Below are positions 22,001 through 34,259 of a stretch of DNA of 64,000 bases, piece by piece; the stretch's first letter is position 1; each line of letters starts with the position of its first letter. Made by a program: the position numbers and the translations under genes. The DNA is taken from positions 186,001 to 250,000 of the forward strand of contig BCKZ01000003.1 of NCBI GenBank assembly GCA_001600815.1, in the 5' to 3' direction. The DNA is from Alloascoidea hylecoeti (Eukaryota). Under the pieces are notes generated by a model, which was not told the origin of the DNA, did not search any database, and saw nothing but the letters and a program-made list of their open reading frames with translations.

Positions 22001-25000
22001 AATCAGGTGTGCTAAGCTCGCTGGAGATTTAAAAGACAATGAATATTTATTTGAATCAAAATTTTCAACCAAAGTTTACTATCAATCATCTCTTGTTCTG
22101 TTTAAATGGTTTGAACAAGCAGCACTATCAAATGAAAATGTTAGCTCATTAAATATTTTGACTACCACAGATAGAAAAAGGACTGAATTAGAACATGTTT
22201 ATAAAGATTTAGCATTGGAAAGCATAAAAGCAACAGCTCTTATGATGAAGGGAACATCAATTTTCGTGCCAGGTTCTAACTCTGAAGAGGACATTCTCCA
22301 ATCAAAGTCAGTGGTATGTGCAAATTTCTTTTCTGTTGGTGTCAGAACATTAGAGAAATACACTGGAGTGAGTAGTTCAAATTTCAACGGTTCTAGCAGT
22401 ATGATTGAAAAGACGATGAATTCATCTAGTGCTTCTTCCCTTCCCTCTTCAGAACATTCGAACAACAAGCCCATTTCTCAGCGTGATTCAGCCATATGTA
22501 ATTATATTGTTGAGCTGTTGTCTAATATATTGAAGATGAATTCTGATGTTGGTATGAGGTTTGCTTTCCCACTTGGTTATCATAACTCACCCCAAGTAAG
22601 AAGCGCCTTTGTTAATGTATTGGCGAACGTTTTAGTGGAAGGTACGGGGGGTCAGTTAGATAGTACTTTGGATGACAAATACCAATCACTTATGAAATAT
22701 TTACGATCCAATTTATCTATTGCTGTCTTAATCTGCGATTCGTGTCCTGCTGGTGAAATCGATGGGCTTGCAACAGCTTTGCTAAATCTATATATGTCGG
22801 CTGGGTTAGGTTTAACACTTATCAAAGCTGCTGTAGCAAAGGAGATCCAAAGGACAACAAAAGTAGTGGAGCTTTTAAGAAGAAATAGCGTGGCCACAAG
22901 AATGCTGGGCATATATGCTAAGAAGTATGGTTCGAATTATCTCTCTTCCACATTGACTCCTGTTCTTCAATCATTTTTAGATGATCCTTCTGGGCATGTA
23001 TTTGAGCTGAGTGCAGACAAATTAGAAGAGAATAAGAGAGCTGAAAATGTTGACAAGTTTATGAAATCATTATCATCCTTTTCAATAGCATTTATAAAAT
23101 CACTCGATAGTATGCCATCTGAATTCAAAGAAATTTGTTGTACAATCCGTTCAGTTGCTGTTCCAAGTTTTCCTGAAGCTGCAGCTACTTCTGTTGGATC
23201 CTTCTTATTCTTGAGATTCTTTTGTCCTGCTATTGTGGCTCCAGAATCCAATGATTTGTTAAAGGGCCATCTTAGAAGAGATGTTAGAAGGTCATTATTA
23301 TTGGTCGCTAAAGTAATCCAAAATATGGCGAACGGCTCACTTTACTCATTGAAATTACCACTGTTATATGAAAGGATGGGAGAATTGAACAAAATAAATG
23401 ATCAAATTAATAGATTTCTAACCGAAGCCGCTATTCCATCCGACAATGAAATCATTAGAGATTCAGGGTTTGATATTTCAGAATTGATCAACACCGGAGA
23501 TAACGAGGAAAATGGTTCCAAGTCAATAGAGATCGAGAAGGAAGATATGTGGTTTATACATGGCTTTTTATATGATCATTTGGATATACTTAATAAAAAT
23601 GCTGCAACTCTTCAGGAAGATAATGTTCCTAATACAGCCTTTAAAGGTAGCGATATTGAATCATTACCATCAATATCAGCATCCTTTACTAGTAATCCCG
23701 ATTCTCTAGCCATGGCCAGATTAGATGAATTGGTTGAAGCAATTGGACAACCAAAACAAAGAAACGGAACTTACGTACCTGAACAGATTGTTACTGATAC
23801 ATCTAAGCAAGGATTATTGTTGTATGACTTCATGACCAAGAATGCCGCCAAAGATTTCGGTGCAATGCTAGAAAAACAATTGGTAAAGGAGGGAGTATCT
23901 GAGGATGGCTTACCTTTTATCATCATATCTTTAGGGATGTTTGATAGCCATACTGTTACTGATCCTGATATGGTGACATATAGAATCTTCCAGTTATTGA
24001 GTAATTTATGGAACGATAAATTCTCCGTATTTCTTGATTGTACTGGGTTTAATGAAAGAAATACAGTCGAAAAAAGAGTTTTCGAAAAGTTCGTTGAATT
24101 GATCCCTGTATCTGCTTCAAAAAATTGTGTTGGAATATACTATATCAATTGCTCTTCCGTTTTCTTCTCTAATATTTCCATAATCTTAAATATATTTGGA
24201 AAATCCATTGCATTTAATCCTTCTTTTACTCCTCATCACTTCATTTGCACATTTAATGAGGAACTTCCGATTAAGCCTTTAGGTATGGCAAAGAAAACTA
24301 GAAGTGTTCTTAGTGACGCAAGAACTCAATATGAGGTTTATAAATTTGATAAGTTGCATAATAATTTTATTCCTATTGATATTAAAGTTGGAGAGGAATA
24401 TGTTCATGTTTGTAAAGCGGAACCAGTTTCAATAGAGTGTGGAGGAAGAGTAGTATACTTTAAATTGTATGATCTTTATCATGCCACAGATTTCAAGGAT
24501 GTTAAACAGTCTAATAAGATAGAAGATGATGCCTTTATATTCAACCTTGATGGTCGACCCTCAATAACACTTTCCAGCCCACAAAGAAATGACATTATAA
24601 GGGATGTAAATGCTATGGTAGCAAGGTTCAGCGAACATTCATCATCATCATCTTCTAACGATATTACAGTTTCTTCCATTAGAGATGTAATTAGTATGAT
24701 GACAAATATCGCAACATTTGGAGTGACAGCAGACGACAATAACACAAGAGTTGCAGCTTTCAAGATACTGTCATCGCTATCCGCTGGGTATGGATTAAAA
24801 TACGACATGACTTCAGCTAGGGAAGGTATATATTTTCCCAAGAACAACATTGAATTTCTAATAAGCTTTTTCAAAAGTACGACTGAACAACTCTCCGAGT
24901 GGGCCTATCCATTTAGTAAGAGTTTTATATTTGGGTTTGAACGGGTTCAATCAACAAAGAAAGATACAGCTCTTCAAATTCTTTCATTGTGGATGCCCTA

Positions 25001-26987
25001 TATTTATAGTAAGGTTTATACTCAAGATGAGAAGAAAGGACCTCGGAGAACAAAATACTTAATCAGAGAATGGATTAAATTAACTCAACAAAATCCAAAA
25101 CTTTACTCTACATTTCGCTTGAAAATTTGGAAGCCATTGTTCCAAGAGCCAGGCCTTACAACTGCTTTAGTAGAAACGATAATTTTTGCTGCTATAGATA
25201 AGCAGGCATCGGGAGAGGACTCTGAAGATATTATTTCCCTACTATTGGTCAAAAAATCTGATGATATATGCAAGACGGTAATTGATCAAGCAATTAATCT
25301 TACTGGTATTCCAATTGAAGTTTCCAACGAATCTGAAGAGTTTGTATACTCATCTGTTAGTTGGAATGAAACTCTTGTTTTAGTAAAAGCTCTTAATGCA
25401 TTGCTATTTGGGGCTAGAGATCTCTGTGAAAAATTCTTACCGGAGATTTGTTTCATTATTTCAAGTTACATTAATCGAGGTCCTTATGAACTGAAATTTT
25501 TCGTACAGAAACTTGCTGTTAATGTTTTCTCAAGTTTCTCCACTGTGGATTATCTTTCTGTAGAGTCAAAAAATAATTTGAACTTAATATTGGAGGGATT
25601 TACAAGCAGCCGTGGTGATCTTTTATTCGGTGTTAATTCAGGTAATAACAATGTGAATGCTGTTCATACTGCTCAATTGCTTGGTACAATCACTGAAATT
25701 GTTTCTGATATGCAGAAGATTCTCGGAATTGTTGGGGAAAAGAAGAAGTTTGAATGGAAGGCAAAGTGGGCATCCTATACAATTGATGCTGCTTTTAAGA
25801 AGAATTCAATTGTGAGAGCAAGGGCTATTAGTATCTTGGGCGATTTGATTGAGGAAAAGGATACTGAACGGGTGATAGGAAGCATCCTCAAGTTACTAGT
25901 TATAACGACAAAACTTGCCGCATTAAATGATAACCGAGCCTTAGATTTGAACATTTGCATAGTTCATTGTGCCTCAAAGGTAGTTGGAAAATTACCTCCT
26001 TCATCACCATTAATAAGGTATTTATTTTGGATAGGGTGTGCTTGCAGTCAATTTCCTTTGGTGGACTACTTTATGATTGGCACAAATTTGTTTGTTGCTT
26101 GTTTAGAGAGGATGGAAATCATGAACTTCTATGATGGCGATCTGGTCGGAACTCTTACAAGAACAAGAAAAGAAGTCGGGGGATCATCGCTACCTAAGTG
26201 TGAAGAATTAGTCAATGTCCGATACACACCTGAGATGTTTGATAGTTATATGACAGCTCTAGTATTACGAGGTTTATATATCCCAACTACTCGTCACCAC
26301 ACGTTATCAGTTTTGCAGACTTTAATGAGGGTTAGATTCACATCTGATAAAATATATCTTGAGAAGAACGGACCAAAATCAATTTCACCAATTGGAAAAT
26401 TGAGTCCCACAGTGTATGTTTGTTTCTTGTATTTATTCTCAAGATCATATAGAGAATTTAGGAAATTTTTGGCATGCATTGAAAACTCTATCAAGTTTGT
26501 TGATTTTGGTGGTGATATATTTATTCCTATGATCATGCTTGAATTCTTTGGGACCTCTAGTGAGCAGAGTTTTATAGCTCTTTGGTTTTGTGGTATTGTA
26601 GCAAGAGATCCAAAGGTGGATGAGCACATATTTTTCAAAGCCATTCGTTGGACTCTTATGCCCTCTGACACAGACAAAGGAAAATATTTAAGATTTATGA
26701 GTACAATGTGCCAAGAAAGTAGAATAAAACTTACATTTGAGCACTCATCAAACCAAGACGTTATAGAATCTTGCCAGGAATTAATCTCTTCAGTAATGGG
26801 TGATCCTAAGTTTGATTACGAAAAACGCAGTCAATATCTTGCAGACTTTGATAGAGTTCCAAAAAAATACGGCCTTTACGACCCTTCATTCAGAGATTTA
26901 GCAGGTTCTGATTGTGATGCCTTTACCATGGTATCCTGCTTTCAAGATATTTTAGAAAGGAGTTCTGCCCTTGTTGAGGGAAATTGA
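19047..26987 (+). CDS. IRA2: Neurofibromin/Ira-type Ras GTPase-activating protein, ~2600 aa; exons 19047-19109, 19176-19325, 19389-26987
   Basis: RasGAP signatures LLRRNSVATRML (arginine finger), FLRFFCPAIVAP and AKVIQNMANG, followed by a Sec14-like region. Two in-frame 5' introns. IRA1 versus IRA2 cannot be distinguished. Confidence 0.9.
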
Positions 26988-27267
26988 TTGGATTGTTGAT
27001 CAGAAATTTAGTTTCCTTATTTCTTTCTTATTTTTGTTTGTGCGTTCATGTAGTGAATGAATTTTTATATGTCTAGAATTAGCAGCATCTATTAGTTATG
27101 TTTTAATGTTTATATTATTGCAAGAAATAATAATTGTAGTAGTAATTGTAAAAATGTTTCAATATTAATATCCCCGGAAGTTTTCTGAACTTAGTTACGT
27201 AATCTCCATACATGTATTGGAATCTTAATGAAGAGCCGTCCATTTTCATTTCTTCTTCAACCACCAA

Positions 27268-28908
27268 ATGAAGTTTACGCCTTTAATTGTACTCCTTGAG
27301 ATAAGTCTCGGGACTTATGTACTATCTTCACCTTTCTTTTTTCCTAATATTCAGGAATTGTCTGGTTTAGTTCAATCAAGACTGGGATTCACTGATAAGG
27401 CCGATGATAAGGAAGACCTTCTATCTATGGCACGAAATGTTTATGGAGACTTACCAGAGAGTCACTCAACGGAGATCCTTAATATATGGGAGAGCTTGAA
27501 AACTTTAAATCTATATGATTCCATCTTAAAAGAATTAAATCGTTTAAAGTCCCCAATCTCAAATGGTAAGAAATCTATACCTACTCATTCTGTGAAATGG
27601 GATGCACATATTACAAACCAGAAGTTTCCAAATCATCAGTTAAGAGTTAAGAAAACGAATCCAGAAATTTTAGGACTTGATACAGTAAAACAATATACTG
27701 GATATATTGATGTCGTAGAGGAGGACAAGCATCTGTTTTATTGGTTCTTTGAATCCAGAAACGACCCTAAAAATGATCCCATCGTGTTATGGATTAATGG
27801 TGGGCCTGGATGCTCCTCAACTACTGGTCTTTTCTTTGAATTGGGACCATCTTCTATTTCTGAAGGCTTGAAGCCAGTATATAATCCCTATTCATGGAAT
27901 AATAATGCTAGTGTTATCTTTTTAGATCAACCAGCTGGTACAGGCTATTCATATTCTTCCAAAACCTCAGTATCATCTACGGATGCAGCAGCTAAAGATT
28001 TTTACATTTTCTTAGAGTTATTTTTTCAAAAGTTCCCTGAATACAGAGAACTCCCCTTCCATATTGCCGGAGAGTCATATGCTGGCCATTTTATTCCAAG
28101 ATTTGCTTCTGAGATTTTAAATCAAGAAAACCGATCTTTTAATCTTTCTTCAATCCTTATTGGAAACGGGATTACGGATCCTCTAACACAGATTGACTAT
28201 TATAAACCGATGGCTTGTGGTGAAGGCGGCTATCCTGCTGTTATAGATGAAGAATTGTGTGACGAATTAGATACTCTTGATCAACGATGTTCCAAGCTTA
28301 TAGCTTCGTGTTATAAATATGACTCACCTTTTGTCTGCACACCAGCATATTACTGTTTGAATCAAATGTTTGGATTCGTGGCAAAAGCAGGAGTGAATGT
28401 ATATGATGTACGTGATAAATGTGGGGACAATTGTTATCCAGAACAAAACTGGGTGAGTGAATATTTGAGCCTAAACGAAGTGAAACAAGCTGTTGGAGCC
28501 GAATTAGATGAACCTTTTCAAGGTTGTGATGGAAGTGTTTTTTCCCATTTTTTCTTCAGTGGAGATGGACCTAAACCTTTCCATCAATATATTGAAGAGG
28601 TACTTGATAAAGATCTTCCCGTTTTATTATTTGAAGGAGATAAAGATTATATCTGCAATTGGCTTGGAAACCAAGCAATGGCGGAAAAACTTGAATGGCA
28701 TGGCGCATTTGAGTATTCCAAAGCTAATACTACGGGCTGGTTAGTAGAATCTAAAGCTAAGAATACTTATAATTTTGCAGGAACTGTTAAATCTGCCGAT
28801 AAATTGACGTTTTTAAGAGTTTTTGATGCTGGTCACATGGTTCCTCACAATCAACCAGAAAACTCTCTAGCCATGTTAAATAGTTGGATTTTTAACGGTG
28901 AGATCTAA
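27268..28908 (+). CDS. Serine carboxypeptidase (carboxypeptidase Y-like, S10) with signal and propeptide
   Basis: WINGGPGCSS, GESYAG (catalytic Ser), GDKDYICNW and DAGHMVP motifs; hydrophobic N-terminus. Confidence 0.93.
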   Translation: MKFTPLIVLLEISLGTYVLSSPFFFPNIQELSGLVQSRLGFTDKADDKEDLLSMARNVYGDLPESHSTEILNIWESLKTLNLYDSILKELNRLKSPISNGKKSIPTHSVKWDAHITNQKFPNHQLRVKKTNPEILGLDTVKQYTGYIDVVEEDKHLFYWFFESRNDPKNDPIVLWINGGPGCSSTTGLFFELGPSSISEGLKPVYNPYSWNNNASVIFLDQPAGTGYSYSSKTSVSSTDAAAKDFYIFLELFFQKFPEYRELPFHIAGESYAGHFIPRFASEILNQENRSFNLSSILIGNGITDPLTQIDYYKPMACGEGGYPAVIDEELCDELDTLDQRCSKLIASCYKYDSPFVCTPAYYCLNQMFGFVAKAGVNVYDVRDKCGDNCYPEQNWVSEYLSLNEVKQAVGAELDEPFQGCDGSVFSHFFFSGDGPKPFHQYIEEVLDKDLPVLLFEGDKDYICNWLGNQAMAEKLEWHGAFEYSKANTTGWLVESKAKNTYNFAGTVKSADKLTFLRVFDAGHMVPHNQPENSLAMLNSWIFNGEI

Positions 28909-29658
28909 AATAACTGGAAAAATGATTGCGTACCAGTAACCATATGGGGGTATTTGATCTTTAGAAATAAATTCAATCTGAAATACCAATTTAATTTTGA
29001 AATATTAATATATATATATAACGTTAACTATATAATTATGCTTTTATTTTATCTATTGGTTCTTTATATTATTAAATTATTGTTAGAATATAAATAAGCT
29101 TAATTTACATAAGCATATGCAATGCATGAGTGCAATATTACCTGTTGAGTCTTGATGAACTGGTTTTTAGATATTCTGATAGTTTTCTTTACAAGTATAG
29201 TTCAAGCTCTTGAATACTCATATTGGTCTAACTAGTTACTATTTTGGGATATTGCTGGACGATGAGCCAGTTGGTTTGGTGAACTTACAGTCCCAGTGGC
29301 TTCATATATACTGACTAAATAGACAAGGTCTAGATCTGGATTCAGTTGAGTCATTTATATTTCGAATGGTTAAAAATGAATATTAACGTTTCGATGAGAT
29401 GTTATTCAATAAGGCTTATCAAGAAGTTTACGCGCTTCTGACAAAGAGATAAATTTCATAACATTTAGCAAGCTAATCTAGCTTATGCAATAGGATATAC
29501 ATGTAAGTTATACCGTATAAAAAAAAAAATTATCCCCTAACGAGTTTAACATTGGAAAGAATAAACAAGATATTTATTGTATAAGTATGTAAATATAAGA
29601 GGATTGTATAAATATATATGAGGTTATAATCAACACCAAGGGAATTATAAGCATATAA

Positions 29659-32600
29659 TCACAATTGTGACTTAAGATTACCATCAATTTCACCTTGATA
29701 TTGCTCATAAAAAGACCAAGGATATATAGGAGCAGGAGTTGGAGCAAGAGGTAATGATGATTTAAAATCAGCATTATTTGTAATTAAATAACCTGTTGGA
29801 TAATTTTCTGGATATTCTTCATTAAAGGATTTTATTGTAACATTAATAGCATTTTCTAAAATATTTTCCACATCGGTAACATCAGGATTAAAAATTTCCT
29901 TTAACTTTGGAATCAATTTGCTTAAATTTGAAATTGTTAAAAGATCTTCATGATCATTAATAATTGAATCTAATTTATTTGAACTAAAATCAATTTTTAA
30001 TGAATAAAAATAATTTGATAATGATGAAGTAATTAATTTTGTTGTTGATTGTTTAACAGGTGATTGAGATTTTAAATGTAAAACATGTTTTGATCTTTCA
30101 TTTGATCTTGGATCAATAAATTTATAATAAAATTCTAATATATCTTTTTTTGTTAAAGTTTTTAAAATTTTAACATCTTCTTCATTTTTTTGAAAATTAT
30201 AAAAACCTGATGAAATATGATCCCAAAATCTATAATATTCTTCATTTAAATTTTTTAATGATTCTAATTTTTCAATTATTAATGAATCAATATTTTTTTG
30301 AAATTCTTCATCATTCATTTCTAAAATTATTTTTTCTAATAATATTAAAAATTCATCAATTCTATATTCTAAATATGGTGTTTCACGTTCACTTTGAATG
30401 ATAATTCTATAACCTTTCTTTGTCCTTGTTGGCATTACACCACTAAAAACAACATAACCTAATTGTTCTTTTGAACGTAATTGATTAAAAGCTGGTTCAC
30501 TACCAATTTGAGCAAATAATGAAAGTAAAGATCTTAAACGAATATCAGTGTTATCACAAACTTGTAAATAATAATTAATTGCTGAATTAATTTCTTTTGA
30601 ATCTTCCAAAATAACTTCAGATCTAAAAGTTTTCCCAATAGGTAAAATAACATTTCGAAGTAAAATTTTATTTGATTCAGGTAATGGGGTTGGTTTTAAA
30701 ATATCATCAACTAAATGTCCAAATTCAATTGCTTCATCATATTCTAAATTACCATGAACTAAAACTTGAGTTTGTAACTGACTTAATAAAACAGGAATTA
30801 ATCTTTTAAAAGAATCAAAATCAATAAGTTCCAATTGTTTAATTTTTTCTTGATAACTAACAGTTTTTTCATTAAGAGATAATAAAGTTAATCCAGTAAT
30901 TTGTAAATAAGGACTTTTAAAAGAAGAATTTTTATAATTTTTTAATAATTTTTCTTTTAATGATTTAAATTTTAATTCATCAATTTCAAAATTTTTAATA
31001 AATTTAAAAAATTTAATTAATAATAAATTTAATTTTTGATTGTAGCCAAAAACTGAAAATCTAAATCCATCACGAGTAGTACCAAATGAATATGTAAGAC
31101 CACCCATTATTGCATCATAGGATACATCATTAAACGCATCATCAATAATATCTGAATATAATTCAGAAATTGCTACAAAATATGGTGTTGATGTTGAAAT
31201 TGGAGATTTTAAATCAATTCCAACAACAGCTTTTGGAACCCAAAAAGTATCATCTTTTTTATACCAAATTTTCAAATCACTAGTATTTTCAATAAGGGTC
31301 GGTTGTTTAGCAGGTGGAGTTAATAATGTTTTCCTATGAACTGTAAAATCTGTTGGAATGAATTCATTTGGAGAAGGTAAGTGAAGATCAGGATTTGGAG
31401 ATGCATTTGCAAGTAAATTTAAGAAGCTAGGATCAATATCTTTATATGAATATTCAACACCATACCATTTCTCACGTAGATTCAATTCTTCTGAAACATT
31501 TGAAGTTAAAAATAATCTCAAATTGCTGGGAGTAAGATATGAAAGATATTCTTTGATTCCTTCTGGATTGAATTTACTAACCAGTGTTGAGTCTAAAATA
31601 TATTCACGATCAACATGATTTTTTTGCAAAGTACTCGATAAAGTAGAAACAGTCGTAGCAGCTCTTGATTTTTGTCTAAATTTAAAACTCATCGCCAAGA
31701 TGTTTTTAATTTCATTATAAAACCATTCTTGTGGTGGAGTATTTTGTAATATTTTAATATATTGAAAAACAGCAATTAAAACCTCTTTATAATGAATAAG
31801 ACCATTAGAAGTTAAATCAATGTTTCCAGTTAAGCAATCTGCACCAGCGGTTATATGAGAATGACCCACACTTAAATCAGTAGCCCAACCTTTCTGTTTC
31901 AAATAAAATAAAATCGAACCCTTAGCTTCATGACCGAGAAGGCTTGATATATATCTACTGGATTGATCACGCCAATGGGGGGTTTGATCTGGTAAAGGAA
32001 AAGTAAATTTAAATGTTCTCTTTTCCTTAACTGGGGCCCATTTTACTATTTTTGCAGTTTCATTCGATGAAAAAGGGATTGTATCATATGAAGGAGTAGG
32101 TCTATCATAATTTTGTATTTGAGAGAATTTTTCAAGTACCCAAGATTCCAATACATCTAAAGGTTCTCTACCCAAAACAGCCAATTTCATAATATTTGAA
32201 GAGTAATGATTTTTATGAAATTTTAGTAATTCTTCTCTAACGTCTTGACCACGAGATAAAGGCAAAGAGCCTAAAGATTCAAAATTTCCAGTACTAAAAC
32301 CATTATAAGGGTGATTTACATTTGAAGTTGTTTTCTCAACCTGATAGGAGCGCCATAAATCATCTTGTAGATTTTTTTTATTTTCCGAATCGACTGCATT
32401 TATTTCACGATCTTTACAATCAGGACTAAACAACGGAGAAATAAAAAATTGAGCAAACCTATCAAGTGCGCCTTCCAAAAATTCGTGGCCAACTTCGAAG
32501 AAATAGTTTGTTTCCTCGGAAGCAGTGTAAGCGTTTGAATAACCTGAATGTTTAGATAGATATTGGGCATAGTCATTTTCGGAGGGATATTTTTCATTTC

Positions 32601-32904
32601 CCATAAATAACAAATGCTCACAGAAATGGGCGAGTCCTGGTAAGTCCTTTGGGTCAGCAAGGGAGCCCACATTCACATCGAGGGCCGCAGCGGATTTATC
32701 AGTGGTTGGGTCATGGATAAGTATCGCCTCTAGCTGGTTAGGAAGACGGATGATCTTATAAGATCTGTCATCCAAATCCGGTTTTACGACGGATGAAGTA
32801 ACGATTTCGATTTGGGGGACAGTCATGGTGGAAAGTAAGCCGGTGAAGAGGAAAGGAAGAGAAGAGTTTGAGAAGAGATAAAGTAGAGGGAACTTCAGCA
32901 GCAT
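29659..32904 (-). CDS. STE23: M16A insulinase-family metalloprotease; alternative start at 32826
   Basis: DDRSYKIIRLPNQLEA, inverted zinc motif GLAHFCEHLLFMG, and FNQLRSKEQLGYVV. Confidence 0.92.
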   Translation of the reverse strand: MLLKFPLLYLFSNSSLPFLFTGLLSTMTVPQIEIVTSSVVKPDLDDRSYKIIRLPNQLEAILIHDPTTDKSAAALDVNVGSLADPKDLPGLAHFCEHLLFMGNEKYPSENDYAQYLSKHSGYSNAYTASEETNYFFEVGHEFLEGALDRFAQFFISPLFSPDCKDREINAVDSENKKNLQDDLWRSYQVEKTTSNVNHPYNGFSTGNFESLGSLPLSRGQDVREELLKFHKNHYSSNIMKLAVLGREPLDVLESWVLEKFSQIQNYDRPTPSYDTIPFSSNETAKIVKWAPVKEKRTFKFTFPLPDQTPHWRDQSSRYISSLLGHEAKGSILFYLKQKGWATDLSVGHSHITAGADCLTGNIDLTSNGLIHYKEVLIAVFQYIKILQNTPPQEWFYNEIKNILAMSFKFRQKSRAATTVSTLSSTLQKNHVDREYILDSTLVSKFNPEGIKEYLSYLTPSNLRLFLTSNVSEELNLREKWYGVEYSYKDIDPSFLNLLANASPNPDLHLPSPNEFIPTDFTVHRKTLLTPPAKQPTLIENTSDLKIWYKKDDTFWVPKAVVGIDLKSPISTSTPYFVAISELYSDIIDDAFNDVSYDAIMGGLTYSFGTTRDGFRFSVFGYNQKLNLLLIKFFKFIKNFEIDELKFKSLKEKLLKNYKNSSFKSPYLQITGLTLLSLNEKTVSYQEKIKQLELIDFDSFKRLIPVLLSQLQTQVLVHGNLEYDEAIEFGHLVDDILKPTPLPESNKILLRNVILPIGKTFRSEVILEDSKEINSAINYYLQVCDNTDIRLRSLLSLFAQIGSEPAFNQLRSKEQLGYVVFSGVMPTRTKKGYRIIIQSERETPYLEYRIDEFLILLEKIILEMNDEEFQKNIDSLIIEKLESLKNLNEEYYRFWDHISSGFYNFQKNEEDVKILKTLTKKDILEFYYKFIDPRSNERSKHVLHLKSQSPVKQSTTKLITSSLSNYFYSLKIDFSSNKLDSIINDHEDLLTISNLSKLIPKLKEIFNPDVTDVENILENAINVTIKSFNEEYPENYPTGYLITNNADFKSSLPLAPTPAPIYPWSFYEQYQGEIDGNLKSQL

Positions 32905-33289
32905 TAAATATGTTTATCAGCATTAAGCTAACATGCAATATGGGGACTAAGCACGTGCATGCTCTTAGTGAATAACCCCAATGGTACAATAATTTAAGCC
33001 GTGTACCCGACCATTTCTTTATGTTCTACCAGTCACATAATAAGCAACAAAAATTTCAGCGGGAAACATTATAGCTAGCTACTGGGTGCTCCACAAGGCT
33101 TTAAACTGCTCCTTCCGTAATTCATAGAATACAGTGCTAGTGACAGCGCCCTTGGCGTTATAAACGGTTGCCACCCAAGGCCTCATGAGCCATGACGTTT
33201 AGAAAAGTGTTGTATTCACTATATGGTCAGTTACGCATGTCTACAGTAAGACTAGGACTTTCAAAAAACAGATTTATAATATTAGTAAA

Positions 33290-33435
33290 TCTGGGTTTGT
33301 GAGTATTACGGTATGCATTGGAATGGATAAAGATGGTTGTACTTCATTGTATAGAGTAGTCGACATTCCTAATACTCCACTCCTCGTAGAGTGGAAACCG
33401 TTGATAACTTTAAGGGCGCTAATACTAAATACTAA
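33290..33435 (+). mobile_element. Tc1/mariner transposase C-terminal relic
   Basis: 33382-33435 reads PRRVETVDNFKGANTKY*, the typical Tc1 C-terminus, and matches 45678-45729 at the DNA level. The left boundary is uncertain. Confidence 0.7.
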
Positions 33436-33610
33436 AATATTGCTTCTTTGAAAATTCCGGATCATACCATAGCACAGACAGACTCAGACTTACTTATGCT
33501 ATATATATGTTTGTTGAAAGGCCTGATTGTGTTCCATATCCTCGTCTTTTAGGACGTACTTGGGGTGCACCAAACAGAAGCGTAAGTTATTTGAAAGTAA
33601 GGTTTTCTTC

Positions 33611-34085
33611 TTTTTTTTTTAACTTTATAATAATTTAAATAATTTAAATCTTCTAACTAAAAACTATTAAATTGAGGAAATCACAAAGAATATAAAACCT
33701 CCGCTTCTTCTTTATTTCGTTGTATCTCTTTATCTTATCGCCATGTTATTTTTTAATTTTTTTTAATTTTTTATTTTTATCTCAAATATGTTGACAATAA
33801 AATACCCCAATCTATTTCATTTAATAGTTCCGGTGGTGATCCTCCAAATTTGATGCTTCGTCTACCTTTGAGATGAAAAGGCCTTTCTTTTTTATATTTT
33901 TTCCATCTTTATCTATTATCAGATTTTTGATATCTATTGTTTCTAGTATTTTCTTTTCTATTATTTTCACTGTATTACACTCTTCAAAAATATGATTAAT
34001 ATCATCTTTCCTATTTTGACAAAGACTACAAATATCTGATTTGTGCCACCATTCTTTCGCATTTTTATTGACATCTAACATATGT
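33611..34085 (-). mobile_element. 5'-truncated L1-like retrotransposon (zinc-finger C-terminus, 3' tail, poly(A)) upstream of tRNA-Asn
   Basis: HMLDVNKNAKEWWHKSDICSLCQNRKDDINHIFEEC, then after a frameshift GGSPPELLNEIDWGIL, is homologous to 60800-61000. Ends in AAAGTT+poly(A) at 33611-33626. Confidence 0.88.
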
Positions 34086-34117
34086 GTCAATCATAATATT
34101 CTTTTTGTCATAAATAC

Positions 34118-34191
34118 GACTTCGTGGCCAAGCTGGTTAAGGCGTGCGACTGTTAATCGCAAGATCGAGAGTTCAATCCTCTCCGAGGTCG
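34118..34191 (+). tRNA. tRNA-Asn(GTT)
   Basis: GACTTCGTGGCCAAGCTGGTTAAGGCGTGCGACTGTTAATCGCAAGATCGAGAGTTCAATCCTCTCCGAGGTCG cloverleaf, followed by a T-run. Confidence 0.96.
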
Positions 34192-34219
34192 CTTCTTTTT
34201 TACAATTTCTATGTTTCCA

Positions 34220-34259
34220 TCACGTGATATAATCATTTATAAATTAGGGTGTAACCCTA
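34220..34259. promoter_or_regulatory. Cbf1-type TCACGTGA plus inverted Tbf1-type TAGGGT-GTA-ACCCTA upstream of RPS9
   Basis: Motifs at 34220-34227 and 34244-34259, about 135-170 bp before the RPS9 ATG. Confidence 0.55.

Noticed and set aside
21029..26677. Antisense ORFs inside IRA and other long genes
   Set aside because: Shadow frames of real coding sequence.
29140..29354. Minus-strand ATG followed by an intron-like GTAAGT and a short frame
   Set aside because: In-frame stops follow, the branch point is weak and I recognise no homology.
33590..34117. Target-site duplications around the LINE copies
   Set aside because: I compared both flanks at the Asn, Thr and Leu copies and found no convincing direct repeat.
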